Source of the DNA: an uncultured Acidobacteriota bacterium
GTDB lineage: Bacteria; Acidobacteriota; Vicinamibacteria; Vicinamibacterales; UBA2999
NCBI GenBank assembly: GCA_963818645.1
Contig: CAWFTF010000011.1
Coordinates: 85,597-149,596 of the forward strand
Direction of reading: 5' to 3'
DNA length: 64,000 nt
Shown here one piece after another: positions 11,462 to 20,682 of this stretch (position 1 is the first letter of the stretch; each line of letters begins with the position of its first letter). Under the pieces are notes generated by a model. It saw only the letters and a program-made list of their open reading frames with translations, ran no database searches and had not been told where the DNA came from. Both the position numbers and the translations under genes were made by a program.

Positions 11462-12316
11462 GTGAAGAAACTGCTTCTGCAATTAGATTCATCTCCACAT
11501 CCCAGCGTCTTCGATCGTGTTGTCGCGTTCGATGCGGGCGCGGACGAAGTCATGAGCTACGGCGGCGTCACGACGGACAACGTACGCGATCTCGTGCACG
11601 GCGCGATCTTCACGCGCGGCCCCAAGCATCTGCATTCGACGGCCATCTTCATCGGCGGCACCGACATGGCTCTCGGAGAGAAACTCCTTGGCGCCGTGAA
11701 AAAGGCGTTCTTCGGTCCGCTTCGAGTGTCGGTCATGCTCGATTCAAACGGATCGAACACGACCGCAGTCGCCGCCGTCGCCAAGATGCGGCAAGCCGCA
11801 GGCACGCTCGATGGGCGCGCCGCGGTTGTCACAGCAGGCTCTGGCCCCGTCGGTCTTCGCGCCGCCGGGTTGCTCGCGAAGGCGGGTGCACGCGTGACTG
11901 TCACGTCGCGGCGAGCCGCAGACGGTTCGCTTGCCGCGAAAATCTCGCAGCGGTTTGGCGGCTCGGTTCGCGAAGTCACGATGGCGGACAGCTCCGGTGC
12001 ATCGCACGCGCTCGAAGGCGCCGAGATGTTCCTCAATGCCGGACCCGCAGGTGTCTGTCTGATTCCACGCGCAGCGTGGGTCGGTCGTGCCGGCCTCAAG
12101 GTCGCCGGCGACGTCAACGCAGTTCCGCCGCTCGGGGTCGAGGGTATCGAAGTCACCGACGATGGCGCAACGAGAGAAGGCGTGACGACATTCGGTGCGC
12201 TTGGCATCGGCGGCCTGAAAATGAAGATTCACAAGGCGTGCATCGCGAAGCTGTTCGAGAAGAACGATCTCGTTCTCGATGCCGAATCGATAGCTGAATT
12301 GGCCGACGCTTTGTAA
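11462..12316 (+). CDS. mtd: NAD(P)-dependent methylene-tetrahydromethanopterin dehydrogenase (MtdA/B/C family)
   Basis: ...PSVFDRVVAFDAGAD..., ...FFGPLRVSVMLDSNGSNTTA..., ...FGALGIGGLKMKIHKACIAKLFE... align by eye to MtdA/MtdB. GTG 11462 is the proposed start (ORF 11426..12316). Confidence 0.85.
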   Translation: MKKLLLQLDSSPHPSVFDRVVAFDAGADEVMSYGGVTTDNVRDLVHGAIFTRGPKHLHSTAIFIGGTDMALGEKLLGAVKKAFFGPLRVSVMLDSNGSNTTAVAAVAKMRQAAGTLDGRAAVVTAGSGPVGLRAAGLLAKAGARVTVTSRRAADGSLAAKISQRFGGSVREVTMADSSGASHALEGAEMFLNAGPAGVCLIPRAAWVGRAGLKVAGDVNAVPPLGVEGIEVTDDGATREGVTTFGALGIGGLKMKIHKACIAKLFEKNDLVLDAESIAELADAL

Positions 12317-12385
12317 TGCAAGATCAAAATGCAAAATGCAAACGATGCGTGACTAGTCGGTTTGCATTTTGCCTTTTGCATTTTG
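12317..12385. repeat. TGCAAAA heptamer-repeat hairpin
   Basis: CAAAATGCAAAATGCAAAC (12325-12343) faces GTTTGCATTTTGCCTTTTGCATTTTG (12360-12385). Confidence 0.7.
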
Positions 12386-12391
12386 AATTGA

Positions 12392-13477
12392 ATGCCTCGA
12401 GTCATAGGTATCGATCCGGGCACCGTCAGTCTCGACATTTGCGGCCTCGAAGCCGGTCGCGTCTTTCTCGACGAAACGATCCCGACCGAAGACGCACTCG
12501 CCGATCCTGCGCTGATTCTCGGCCTGCTCGAGCGAGCAGCTCCGCTCGATCTCGTGGTGGGCCCGTCTGGCTACGGTCTCCCGCTCACCCACGCGCGCGA
12601 CCTCACTGAGTCGGACATTCGACTGGCATGTCTGGCGCCGCGCGGCGAGAGCAGCGGCATCGGAGGACTATCGTCGCTGATGCGGGCGCTCGTCTCGTCA
12701 CCGGCCCCGGTCGTGATGACGCCTGGTGTCGTGCACCTCACGTCGGTTCCTTCTCATCGAAAGATCAATCGTGTCGACATGGGGACTGCGGACAAGGTGT
12801 GCGCAGTGACGCTTGCCATTCACGAGCACACACGGCGGCGTAGTTGTGCTCCGCGAGATGTGTCCTTTATCCTCCTCGAGCTCGGTGGAGCGTTCACTGC
12901 CGCCATCGCCGTCGAACAGGGTCGCATCGTGGATGGCCTCGGTGGTTCATCCGGACCGATCGGCGCGATGGCGAGCGGAGCCCTCGATGGTGAAGTCGCG
13001 TTCCTCGCCGGGCAGGTCACGAAGCAGATGATTTTTTCCGGCGGTGCGCTCGCCGTTTCGGGGACGCCAGATGCGCGTGCCGAGGCGATTGCGGAAGTGA
13101 CGACGCCCGCGCGGCAGAAGGCGCTCGAGGGCTATCTCGAATCCATCGTGAAGGCGGTGGCCACTCTGGCGATCTCGGCGCCATCAGCACGATCCGTCGT
13201 CCTGTCGGGGAGGCTCGCGAAGGTTGCGACGATCCGCGGAGGACTGATGTCGCGGTTGTCGCGGACGCTGCCGGGAGGAACCGTCGAGGCGCTCACCGGC
13301 ATCGCAACGGTCGCCAAGCATGCTGCCCAGGGCGCGGCCATCCTGGCTGACGGGCTCGCCGGTGGAAGCGCCGCGGAGGTTGTGCAGACACTCGGCATCC
13401 GCGAGGCGACGGGCACCGTGCTCGACCATCTCTACGTGATCACTCCCGAAGCCGCTCGCCAGCGATTGGGAATCTAA
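12392..13477 (+). CDS. ASKHA-fold ATPase-like protein, DUF1464/COG2441-like, H4MPT-cluster associated
   Basis: 361 aa. The N-terminal VIGIDPGTVSLDICG is a phosphate-1-like motif of the actin/HSP70/sugar-kinase fold. It is placed between mtd and an ATP-grasp gene. Confidence 0.6.
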   Translation: MPRVIGIDPGTVSLDICGLEAGRVFLDETIPTEDALADPALILGLLERAAPLDLVVGPSGYGLPLTHARDLTESDIRLACLAPRGESSGIGGLSSLMRALVSSPAPVVMTPGVVHLTSVPSHRKINRVDMGTADKVCAVTLAIHEHTRRRSCAPRDVSFILLELGGAFTAAIAVEQGRIVDGLGGSSGPIGAMASGALDGEVAFLAGQVTKQMIFSGGALAVSGTPDARAEAIAEVTTPARQKALEGYLESIVKAVATLAISAPSARSVVLSGRLAKVATIRGGLMSRLSRTLPGGTVEALTGIATVAKHAAQGAAILADGLAGGSAAEVVQTLGIREATGTVLDHLYVITPEAARQRLGI

Positions 13478-13484
13478 ACGCGCA

Positions 13485-13654
13485 GTTCCATGTTCCATGT
13501 TCCGGGTTCCGCGTTCGTGTGCTGGGTTCGAGTTCGTGGTTCGTGGTTCGAGGTTCCCGGTTCGGTGTGCCACGCGAACCGGGAACTCGGAACCTCGAAG
13601 TTTGAACCAGAACCATGAACACGAACCTGGAACCTGGAACCCGGAACCGGGAAC
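13485..13654. repeat. About 170-nt imperfect palindrome built from GGTTCC/GGTTCG units
   Basis: The core is a perfect 12-bp stem GTTCCCGGTTCG (13553-13564) / CGAACCGGGAAC (13575-13586). It is extended on both sides by degenerate GTTCC(N) runs and their complement. Confidence 0.8.
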
Positions 13655-13664
13655 TGCAGGCGCC

Positions 13665-14786
13665 GTGCGCGTACTGATCGTGGGCGTATCAACTCGGGCG
13701 GCGGCGGATTCGGCTGCGCGTGCGGGCTTCGACGTGATTGCGCTCGATGCTTATGCCGACCTCGATCAGCATCCGTCGGTGCGGGCGCTGTCATTGCCGC
13801 GAGACTTCGGGACGACGTTTTCCCCCGAGGCAGTCGTGAATGTGGCGCGCGAGCTCCCGGGCGATGCGGTCGTCTATCTCTCGAGCCTGGAGAATCATCC
13901 ACGAGCCGTCGACGCGCTGACGACGGAGCGTGCACTGTGGGGCAATCGATCCGATGTGCTGCGTCGCGTGCGAGATCCGAGGGCGCTCGCCGCGGCGTTC
14001 ACGAAGCGAAGCATTCGCGCGCCGCGCGTCATCACGCGCGACGAGACGAGGCCACGACCCAGTGAAGTCGAACGGTGGATGCTCAAGCCGCGTGTATCGG
14101 GAGGTGGCCACGGCGTAAGGCTCTGGCAGCCAGGTGAAGCGGTCACGCGCGGCCACTACCTGCAGGAGTTCGTCGAAGGAACGCCCGGGTCCGTCATCTT
14201 CGTTGCCGCTGGCAGTCGTGGTGTCACGCTTGGTGTCACTCGCCAACTCATCGGCGACGACGCCTTCGGAGCGTCTGGATTTCGTTACTGCGGCAACATC
14301 CTGACGGAGCCCGAGGCCCTGGTTCCGGATGCCGTCGCGCTCGTGGACGCAGTGGCGGCGGAGTTCTCGCTCGTCGGTGTCGGAAGCATCGACGTGATCG
14401 CGAGCGAACACGGACTCCTGCCGGTCGAAGTGAATCCGCGCTGGTCTGCGTCGATGGAGCTCGTCGAGCGCACGCGCGGCATCTCTATGTTTGCCGTGCA
14501 CGCCGACGCCTGTGCAAAAGGCGAGCTGCCGGTGTTCGGGGACAGTTCATTGCTCGAGAAGGGCAAGACACACGGCAAGGCGATTGTGTTTGCGCGTCAG
14601 GACTTGGTTATCGGTGACACCCGCCGATGGCTCGAGGATCCGGATGTGCGCGACGTGCCGCACGCAGGCGATCGTATTGAGGCCGGGCAGCCGATCTGCA
14701 CTGTCTTCGCAGCCGGCTCGGATGAGGCCAGTTGCTACGCGAGACTCGTCGAGCATGCCGCGCGCATCTACGGCGACGTTGCCTAG
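13665..14786 (+). CDS. ATP-grasp enzyme (COG2232-like carboligase; candidate methanofuran/H4MPT cofactor biosynthesis)
   Basis: VRVLIVGVSTRAAADSAARAGF..., ...WMLKPRVSGGGHGV..., ...YLQEFVEGTPGSV... show ATP-grasp features. GTG 13665 is the proposed start within ORF 13497..14786. Confidence 0.65.
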   Translation: MRVLIVGVSTRAAADSAARAGFDVIALDAYADLDQHPSVRALSLPRDFGTTFSPEAVVNVARELPGDAVVYLSSLENHPRAVDALTTERALWGNRSDVLRRVRDPRALAAAFTKRSIRAPRVITRDETRPRPSEVERWMLKPRVSGGGHGVRLWQPGEAVTRGHYLQEFVEGTPGSVIFVAAGSRGVTLGVTRQLIGDDAFGASGFRYCGNILTEPEALVPDAVALVDAVAAEFSLVGVGSIDVIASEHGLLPVEVNPRWSASMELVERTRGISMFAVHADACAKGELPVFGDSSLLEKGKTHGKAIVFARQDLVIGDTRRWLEDPDVRDVPHAGDRIEAGQPICTVFAAGSDEASCYARLVEHAARIYGDVA

Positions 14787-15685
14787 TTGCCGACTCTCTC
14801 GCCAGCAAGAAATCGACTCACGATTCGCATGACCTCGTCGGGCTTTTCGTCGCTCGGGTAGTGGCCGACATCGGGAATCGTGATCAGCTGCGCGTTCGGC
14901 AGCGTCTTCCGTAGTTCTTCTTGCGTCTCAGGCGGCACGATATTGCTGCGGCCACCGAGGATGTAGAGGATCGGCGACTTGATGGTGCGCACGAATCGCC
15001 AGAGGTCGGTCGCGACGAATCCATTCACGAGCTGCGGATCGCGCTTCCACTCGATTCGTCCATCGGCCCGTTTCTTCGTGCCGTAGCGGACGTATGGTTC
15101 GAGCACCGTGAGTGACATCCGCGGATTGGTTTTCCCGAGCTGCGCGAGCAGCTCGTCCTCCGACGCCCACCCGGCCTGCTCCTGCTGCACGCGCTTCGCG
15201 TAGTTGTCGGCAATCTGTCGCGGACGTTCGGGTCCGACGTCTTCAGAAATGACGTGTGACACGAGCTCAGGATGCTTGCCTGCGAAGACCTGAACGACAC
15301 GACCACCTGTCGAATTCCCCCAGAGGACGAGGTCGCGAAGTCCGAGTTGCTGCACGACGCCTTCGAGGTCACCAACGTGATCCTCGACGAGATAACGTCC
15401 CTGCGGATCCCAGCCGGAGTCGCCATGTCCGCGCATGTCGATGGCGATCACGCGATAGGCCGGTGAGAGGCGCACGGCGAGATGGTCGAACGTTCGCGCG
15501 ACACGATCGAGACCGTGCACCATCACGAGCGGCTTTTCGTTTCCGCCCCAGTCTACGTAGTGGATGCGCAGGCCGTTGACGTCAAGATACCGGTCGACCG
15601 GTTGGCGGTCTCTCTGCCCAGCATCGGCCATGCCGATTGTGCTGAGCGCCACGGTCGTCGCCAGTGCGGACCACAGTGTTTTCAT
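14783..15685 (-). CDS. Exported alpha/beta hydrolase
   Basis: Signal peptide MKTLWSALATTVALSTIGMADA, HG oxyanion region (VMVHGL), nucleophile elbow GNSTGG. ATG at 15685. Confidence 0.75.
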   Translation of the reverse strand: MKTLWSALATTVALSTIGMADAGQRDRQPVDRYLDVNGLRIHYVDWGGNEKPLVMVHGLDRVARTFDHLAVRLSPAYRVIAIDMRGHGDSGWDPQGRYLVEDHVGDLEGVVQQLGLRDLVLWGNSTGGRVVQVFAGKHPELVSHVISEDVGPERPRQIADNYAKRVQQEQAGWASEDELLAQLGKTNPRMSLTVLEPYVRYGTKKRADGRIEWKRDPQLVNGFVATDLWRFVRTIKSPILYILGGRSNIVPPETQEELRKTLPNAQLITIPDVGHYPSDEKPDEVMRIVSRFLAGERVGN

Positions 15686-15710
15686 GGCGATCAGATTATC
15701 CTTACGCTGC

Positions 15711-16403
15711 ATGGCTGAGACTGTTGAATTTCGCAGTAATGGAAACATGGCGTCCGGTTACCTGGCGAAGCCCGCGAGCGGCTCGGGACCAGGCGTGCTG
15801 GTGATCCAGGAGTGGTGGGGTCTGGATGCCGGGATCAAGGAGATGGCGGATCGTCTGGCTCAGGCGGGCTTCGTGGCGCTCGCGCCGGATCTTTATCACG
15901 GCGAGGTCGCAGGGCACGACGAGATGGACAAGGCCTCGCACTTGATGCAGAGCCTTCCGCCCGATCGCGCCGGCCGCGACATGAGCGGCGCTGTCGACTT
16001 CCTCTCTACGCATCCCAGCGTTACCAGCACGGGCATCGGCGTCGTCGGGTTCTGTATGGGCGGAATGCTCGCGTTCATCATTGCCGCCAATCGCGGTGAC
16101 AAGGTGACGGCCGTCGTGCCCTTCTACGGATTCCCTCAGGGACCGGCCGAGCCCGACTGGTCGAAGTTGACTGCTGCGGTGAGCGGGCATATGGCGGAGA
16201 ACGACAGCTTCTTTTCACCACAGGCTGCGCACGCACTCGAAGCGAAGCTGCGCGGCATGGGGAAGAAGGTGACGCTCACAGTGCATCCCGGAACTGGTCA
16301 CGCGTTCATGGGACCGCACAATGCGCTCGGCACGTTCAACGCTGACGTTGCAGCCAAGGTCTGGCCGCAGGCGATCTCTTTCCTGAAGGACAACGTGAAA
16401 TAG
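15711..16403 (+). CDS. Dienelactone hydrolase family protein
   Basis: 230 aa. It has ...VLVIQEWWGL... and the Cys nucleophile elbow GFCMGG typical of DLH. Confidence 0.8.
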   Translation: MAETVEFRSNGNMASGYLAKPASGSGPGVLVIQEWWGLDAGIKEMADRLAQAGFVALAPDLYHGEVAGHDEMDKASHLMQSLPPDRAGRDMSGAVDFLSTHPSVTSTGIGVVGFCMGGMLAFIIAANRGDKVTAVVPFYGFPQGPAEPDWSKLTAAVSGHMAENDSFFSPQAAHALEAKLRGMGKKVTLTVHPGTGHAFMGPHNALGTFNADVAAKVWPQAISFLKDNVK

Positions 16404-16415
16404 GTGGTCCACCGT

Positions 16416-16441
16416 GGCGGGTCCACAGAGCAGGACCCGCC
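16416..16441. terminator. GC hairpin between convergent genes (no T-tract)
   Basis: GGCGGGTCC-ACAGAGCA-GGACCCGCC, a perfect 9-bp stem. Confidence 0.5.
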
Positions 16442-17542
16442 CTACTTCTTCACGTATTTCTTCACATCCATGGTGAACTCGGCGCCGTAGATGTTTCCCT
16501 GCACGTCGGTGGTTACGCCTTCAGGCGACGTTGAACCCGCGGTGTACGGGTAGGGCGTGACGTCGGGAACGAAGTACTGCACCTTACCGTCTCGCGCGCT
16601 GCCGATGCGAATCCCGCGACGCGCACCCGGGTTGTAACCGTATCCCTCCGCACCATCTCGCGATTCCGAATCCGCAACGTAGAGCGTGTCGTTGCGATCG
16701 ATGTAGAGTCCGCTCGGCCGCCCGAATTGTTTCCACTCGGCGATGAATGTCCCCTCTTGATCGAAGATCTGAATCCGGTTGTTCTGCCGATCGCCGACGA
16801 ACAGCCGACCGCGCGAATCGAACGCCAGCGTGTGCACGCAGTCGAACTCGCCGGGGCCCGTGCCTTTCTTGCCCCACGTCTTGAGAAACTTGCCGTTCTT
16901 GTCGAACTTCATGACGCGTGCGTTGGCGGTCGGCGCGTTGCCGTGACCGTCGGCGACGAAGATGTCGCCGTTCGGGGCAACGGCGACCTCTGTCGGCTGG
17001 TCGAAGGTGTCGAGCCCCGGACCGGCGACGCCAGCCTGGCCCAGCGTCAGCAGAACTTTTCCGTCTTTGTTGAACTTGATTACCTGCTGACCGCGCCCCT
17101 CGACGCGGCCGTTGTCGGCAACCCAGATGAAGCCCTCGCGATCGACCGTGATCTTATGTGGGCTGACGAAAAGGCCCGCGCCGAAGCTGCGCAGGAACTT
17201 GCCCGAGGTGTCGAATTGCAGGACCGGATCGAGCGGCGAGTTCGCGCACGTCGTTCCACCCGCGCCGGAGGCGCCGCATCGATCGAGCGCCCAGATGGTT
17301 CCATCCGGGGCGGTTGCGATTCCGGCAGTCGATCCCCACTTCCTGCCATTCGGCAGTTGTCCCCAACTCGTGCCGGCGTTGTAGGCATTCGGGAGATCGT
17401 TGCGTGCGCCGAGCGGCGAGACGAGCGGCAGCTCGGGGAACTTGAGCGGAGCAGGCGCCGCTGGTGGCGCTTGTGCGCTCAACGTGAGAGCTGCACCGAT
17501 CGCCAGCAGTGCGATCGACGAGGCGTGAATGTGCAGCGTCAT
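16442..17542 (-). CDS. Exported NHL-repeat six-bladed beta-propeller protein
   Basis: 366 aa with a signal peptide and repeated ...VADG.../...V.D..N.R(I/V)..F... NHL-like blades. Confidence 0.7.
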   Translation of the reverse strand: MTLHIHASSIALLAIGAALTLSAQAPPAAPAPLKFPELPLVSPLGARNDLPNAYNAGTSWGQLPNGRKWGSTAGIATAPDGTIWALDRCGASGAGGTTCANSPLDPVLQFDTSGKFLRSFGAGLFVSPHKITVDREGFIWVADNGRVEGRGQQVIKFNKDGKVLLTLGQAGVAGPGLDTFDQPTEVAVAPNGDIFVADGHGNAPTANARVMKFDKNGKFLKTWGKKGTGPGEFDCVHTLAFDSRGRLFVGDRQNNRIQIFDQEGTFIAEWKQFGRPSGLYIDRNDTLYVADSESRDGAEGYGYNPGARRGIRIGSARDGKVQYFVPDVTPYPYTAGSTSPEGVTTDVQGNIYGAEFTMDVKKYVKK

Positions 17543-17564
17543 GGAATCTCCTAAAACCTCAAAT

Positions 17565-17652
17565 CAACTCCCAAAGCCCAACTTCCAACTCCCAAGGGCG
17601 GTAATGCCGTTTGGGAGTTGGTCAAGCGTCAGACGTTGGGAGTTGGGATTTG
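17565..17652. repeat. AACTCCC / GGGAGTT heptamer-repeat hairpin overlapping the ftr stop codon
   Basis: The left arm is 17565-17595. Right-arm pieces are 17611-17621 and 17635-17652. The ftr stop lies at 17629-17631. Confidence 0.7.
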
Positions 17653-18603
17653 ACGGAGCAATTCGTGCAAATGAAAGTGATGCTTTCCGAGCTTGCCGCC
17701 GTAGTTGCCGGCCGTGATCTCGACGACGCCTGGTCGGCACGCGGCATCGATGCCGACACGCATCGCGTTCTCGATGGCAGCGCGATCGAGTCCGTCCACG
17801 ACGATCTCGAGCACCGAGTTCGCGCCGTCCGGGATCTGGCTCGTGACGCCGTCGCGCCCGCGGAGCGTCGGGCAGTACGCATCGTTGGTCGACGCGATCA
17901 TGTTCTTGTATTTCTTCGCGCCGACTTTGCTGCCGGCGCGCACGATTCCACCCGGAAAGGGAAGCACGACGCCCCGGACCTTGCGCATCGCGCCGACCGC
18001 GGCTTCGGCCGCAGAGAGGGCAGTCGGTTGGTCTTTCGCCAGGATCAGGAAGTTGCCGCCACCGATCGCCTTCTGCACGCCGAAGGTTTCCTGGACGAGG
18101 AACTCGCCCTCCATCACCGGAATGCGCCAGTAGCGTTGACCGTCGAGCACCTTGCTCGCCTGAAACTTGTCGCCGAAGTGCCGCAACGCTCCGCCGACGG
18201 TGACGCGTTCGGTCGATTGCGGCAGGCCGTCGAAACAGGCGGTTGTGGGACACGTGAGAATCGTCTGCCCCACGCGGTCGATCAGTTGCCGGCCAAGACC
18301 TTCTGCGTCGAAGGCAAAGAGCAGCACGCTGATCCCGGGCCGGCCATCCGGCGTCTCCGACGTTGCAATCTCGGCCTCGATGCCCGCTTCCACCTTGCAT
18401 CCGATGACCGATGTGGCAAAGCCGGTCATCGACTGCGCAGCCGTCTGCGCCCACGCGGGAGATTGCGCCGTGATGACGACGCGCGCGGCACGCATGCCGA
18501 AGGCTTCGGCAAACGTATCGACGATCCTGACTCCGTTGTGCTCGATTGTCCGCGTGGTGGGCTGAGCCGCGCCTTCTACACTCTCTGACGTCTCTCCAGT
18601 CAT
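17629..18603 (-). CDS. ftr: Formylmethanofuran:tetrahydromethanopterin formyltransferase (Ftr/FhcD)
   Basis: ...VRIVDTFAEAFGMRAARVVITAQS..W...AA.S.TGFATSVIGCKVEAGIE... matches Ftr/FhcD. ATG 18603 is preceded by GGAAGG. The longer ORF start at 18759 is not supported. Confidence 0.85.
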   Translation of the reverse strand: MTGETSESVEGAAQPTTRTIEHNGVRIVDTFAEAFGMRAARVVITAQSPAWAQTAAQSMTGFATSVIGCKVEAGIEAEIATSETPDGRPGISVLLFAFDAEGLGRQLIDRVGQTILTCPTTACFDGLPQSTERVTVGGALRHFGDKFQASKVLDGQRYWRIPVMEGEFLVQETFGVQKAIGGGNFLILAKDQPTALSAAEAAVGAMRKVRGVVLPFPGGIVRAGSKVGAKKYKNMIASTNDAYCPTLRGRDGVTSQIPDGANSVLEIVVDGLDRAAIENAMRVGIDAACRPGVVEITAGNYGGKLGKHHFHLHELLRQIPTPNV

Positions 18604-19186
18604 ACCTTCCGGTAGTGTACGTCGAGAGCGCAATGCGCCGTGTAGCCATGGCAGGGCCCGGTCGGTCTCTGGCGTCGCCGGCGTGTACGCGCGGAAATCA
18701 GCGCTCCGCTCGAACCCGTCGATACGCGGCGAGCACACGTTTACCTTCGCCAGCCACATCGCGTCGCGCGTCGCAAGCGTGTGGTGAGCCTCGCGCGTTC
18801 TAACCGCGTAGCCGATCGCGAACTCGCCGCGAGAGCCGCGTCGCGTACTACCGATTTCCTGCTGCGCATCTCAGGTGGCGCCGAACGCCAGGCAGGCCTG
18901 GCGGACTGGCGGCGCCTGCGCCAACGCCAAGGAGTGCGAAGCGGGAAATCAGGTGGAGCGAGTCTTCCGCGGCGAGTTCCGCCCTCGCGTTCTGGATTCC
19001 GCGAAACATCGGGAGCGTTTTGTGCCGCGTGACGGATGTCGCCTCGAGTCAGCCGCTACTCGCCGCGCGTCGACAGGGTTCGAGCGGAAGCTGATTTCCG
19101 GCGTGCAGCGCCGGCGACGCCCAGGCCGACGGGCCTGTCTGGCCTGATTCAGTCGGAAGGGACTTACGATACCTTGATAACGCGTT

Positions 19187-20671
19187 CTAGGGCGCAGTGC
19201 ACGCCCAGTTCTTCGCGTCCTTGAGATCGCCAGAGCCCTTGTACTTCGCGTATTGCGGATACGGACACAGCGGTCGCGACAGGCCAGAACGCTGGTTCGT
19301 CCCCATCATCTGCGTCGGCGTGACGCCTTGCTCACGCCATTGTTCCATGGCTGCGATCGTGTCGAACGTGTCGGGGCCGTCGCCACCGCGGCAGTGCGCC
19401 ATGCCGGGCACCATGAACAAGCGAGCGAAGTCCTTTTGATCGCCCATCTCCTTCACGAGGTTCTCGTAATAGAACACGGTGTTCTCCGGCGTGATCGTCG
19501 TATCTCTCCAGCCGGCGTAGAGGAGCAGCTTGCCGCCATGTGACTTGAACTTGCGAAGATCAGGGCTGACCGCGTCGACGAAGCCGACCCGCTTGTTGAT
19601 GATCGGCATGTCGCGATCGAGGTCGAAGGTGTGCCAGTCGTAGTTGGCATCCTGGAAGCCCCAGATGCGGACGGTGTCGTAGCCGCCGCCGGGTGAGCCG
19701 GTCGCACCGCGCAACGCCGGGATCGGATTGCCCATCGCCTGACCTGAGAAGATCAGTTCACCCGCACTGTTCTTGAGCCCGCCGTAGAAGGCCTCCACCG
19801 TCTTGAGTTGCGGCGCGGTCAGACACGCGGGAGAGTCCGCACCCGCGCACGCGAGCTTCGAGAAGTCCACTTTGCATTCACGCGGATTGTTCAAGAAGCC
19901 TTCCTTGAGTGCGTCGCACGCGTTCATCACCGTGTCGTTCACGAGCTTGGCCTTCTCTTCCGGGATCGTTCGCTCCGGATGCCGCGCCAGCTCGATGCTG
20001 CGCGCGACGCCAGCCGTGTGCATCTGGATATGACGATTGGCGAGCGCGCCGGCGATGATGCCGTCGTAATCATCGGGGAAGCGCTGCGCCGCCATGGCCG
20101 CCTGACGGCCGCCGGTCGAGCACCCCTTGAAATACGAAAACCGCGGCGTGCGGCCGTAGAACTCGTCCACGAGTTGCTTCGACTTCACCGTCATCTCGTG
20201 AACAGCGCGATAGGCGAAGTCCACGATCTTCTCCGGGTGACCGAGGCCGAATACACCGCCGGGGCCATCAGCATCGGAGTGCCCGGTGTCGGTTGCCGCA
20301 GTCGCATAACCACGCCGCAGCGCGATCTGCATGTCGCCGTAACCCTGAATGGATCCGGCGAAGCCACCGTTGCCCACTGCGAGGAATCGTCCGTTCCAAT
20401 TTGCCGTCGGCATCCACAGCTCGACGTTGATATTGGAGTCCGGCGTCGGCTTCAGCACCATCTTCACGCGACAGTGCTCGGGAATGGGTTCGACAGCTTC
20501 AGGTGCGGCGCCCTGTCGGCCCCGGCCTGCGCCCGGCTGCACGAACGGGCCCGCAGGAACGACCATCGCGCTGGTGATCGTGGTCTGCGGTAGCCGGGCA
20601 GCCGCGAGACTGTCACAGGTATGTGGCGGGGCCGCTGCGCCGAGAAGCGCGAGGCTGAGGATTCCGAGCAT
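19187..20671 (-). CDS. Tannase/feruloyl-esterase family hydrolase, exported (copy 1)
   Basis: 494 aa. It has the GCSTGG nucleophile motif and a conserved Cys pattern. AGGAGG RBS. It lies 11 nt after the upstream dehydrogenase gene. Confidence 0.85.
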   Translation of the reverse strand: MLGILSLALLGAAAPPHTCDSLAAARLPQTTITSAMVVPAGPFVQPGAGRGRQGAAPEAVEPIPEHCRVKMVLKPTPDSNINVELWMPTANWNGRFLAVGNGGFAGSIQGYGDMQIALRRGYATAATDTGHSDADGPGGVFGLGHPEKIVDFAYRAVHEMTVKSKQLVDEFYGRTPRFSYFKGCSTGGRQAAMAAQRFPDDYDGIIAGALANRHIQMHTAGVARSIELARHPERTIPEEKAKLVNDTVMNACDALKEGFLNNPRECKVDFSKLACAGADSPACLTAPQLKTVEAFYGGLKNSAGELIFSGQAMGNPIPALRGATGSPGGGYDTVRIWGFQDANYDWHTFDLDRDMPIINKRVGFVDAVSPDLRKFKSHGGKLLLYAGWRDTTITPENTVFYYENLVKEMGDQKDFARLFMVPGMAHCRGGDGPDTFDTIAAMEQWREQGVTPTQMMGTNQRSGLSRPLCPYPQYAKYKGSGDLKDAKNWACTAP

Positions 20672-20682
20672 CGCTGACCTCC

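Noticed and set aside
17564-18649. 361-aa minus-strand ORF and 325-aa plus-strand ORF overlapping ftr
   Set aside because: They are alternative frames of the ftr locus. Only the frame of 17629..18759 gives Ftr-like sequence.
18604-19186. A hidden pseudogene (for example an fhc remnant) upstream of ftr
   Set aside because: I translated all minus-strand frames by eye and found no recognisable protein similarity. It is kept only as an open question in the findings.
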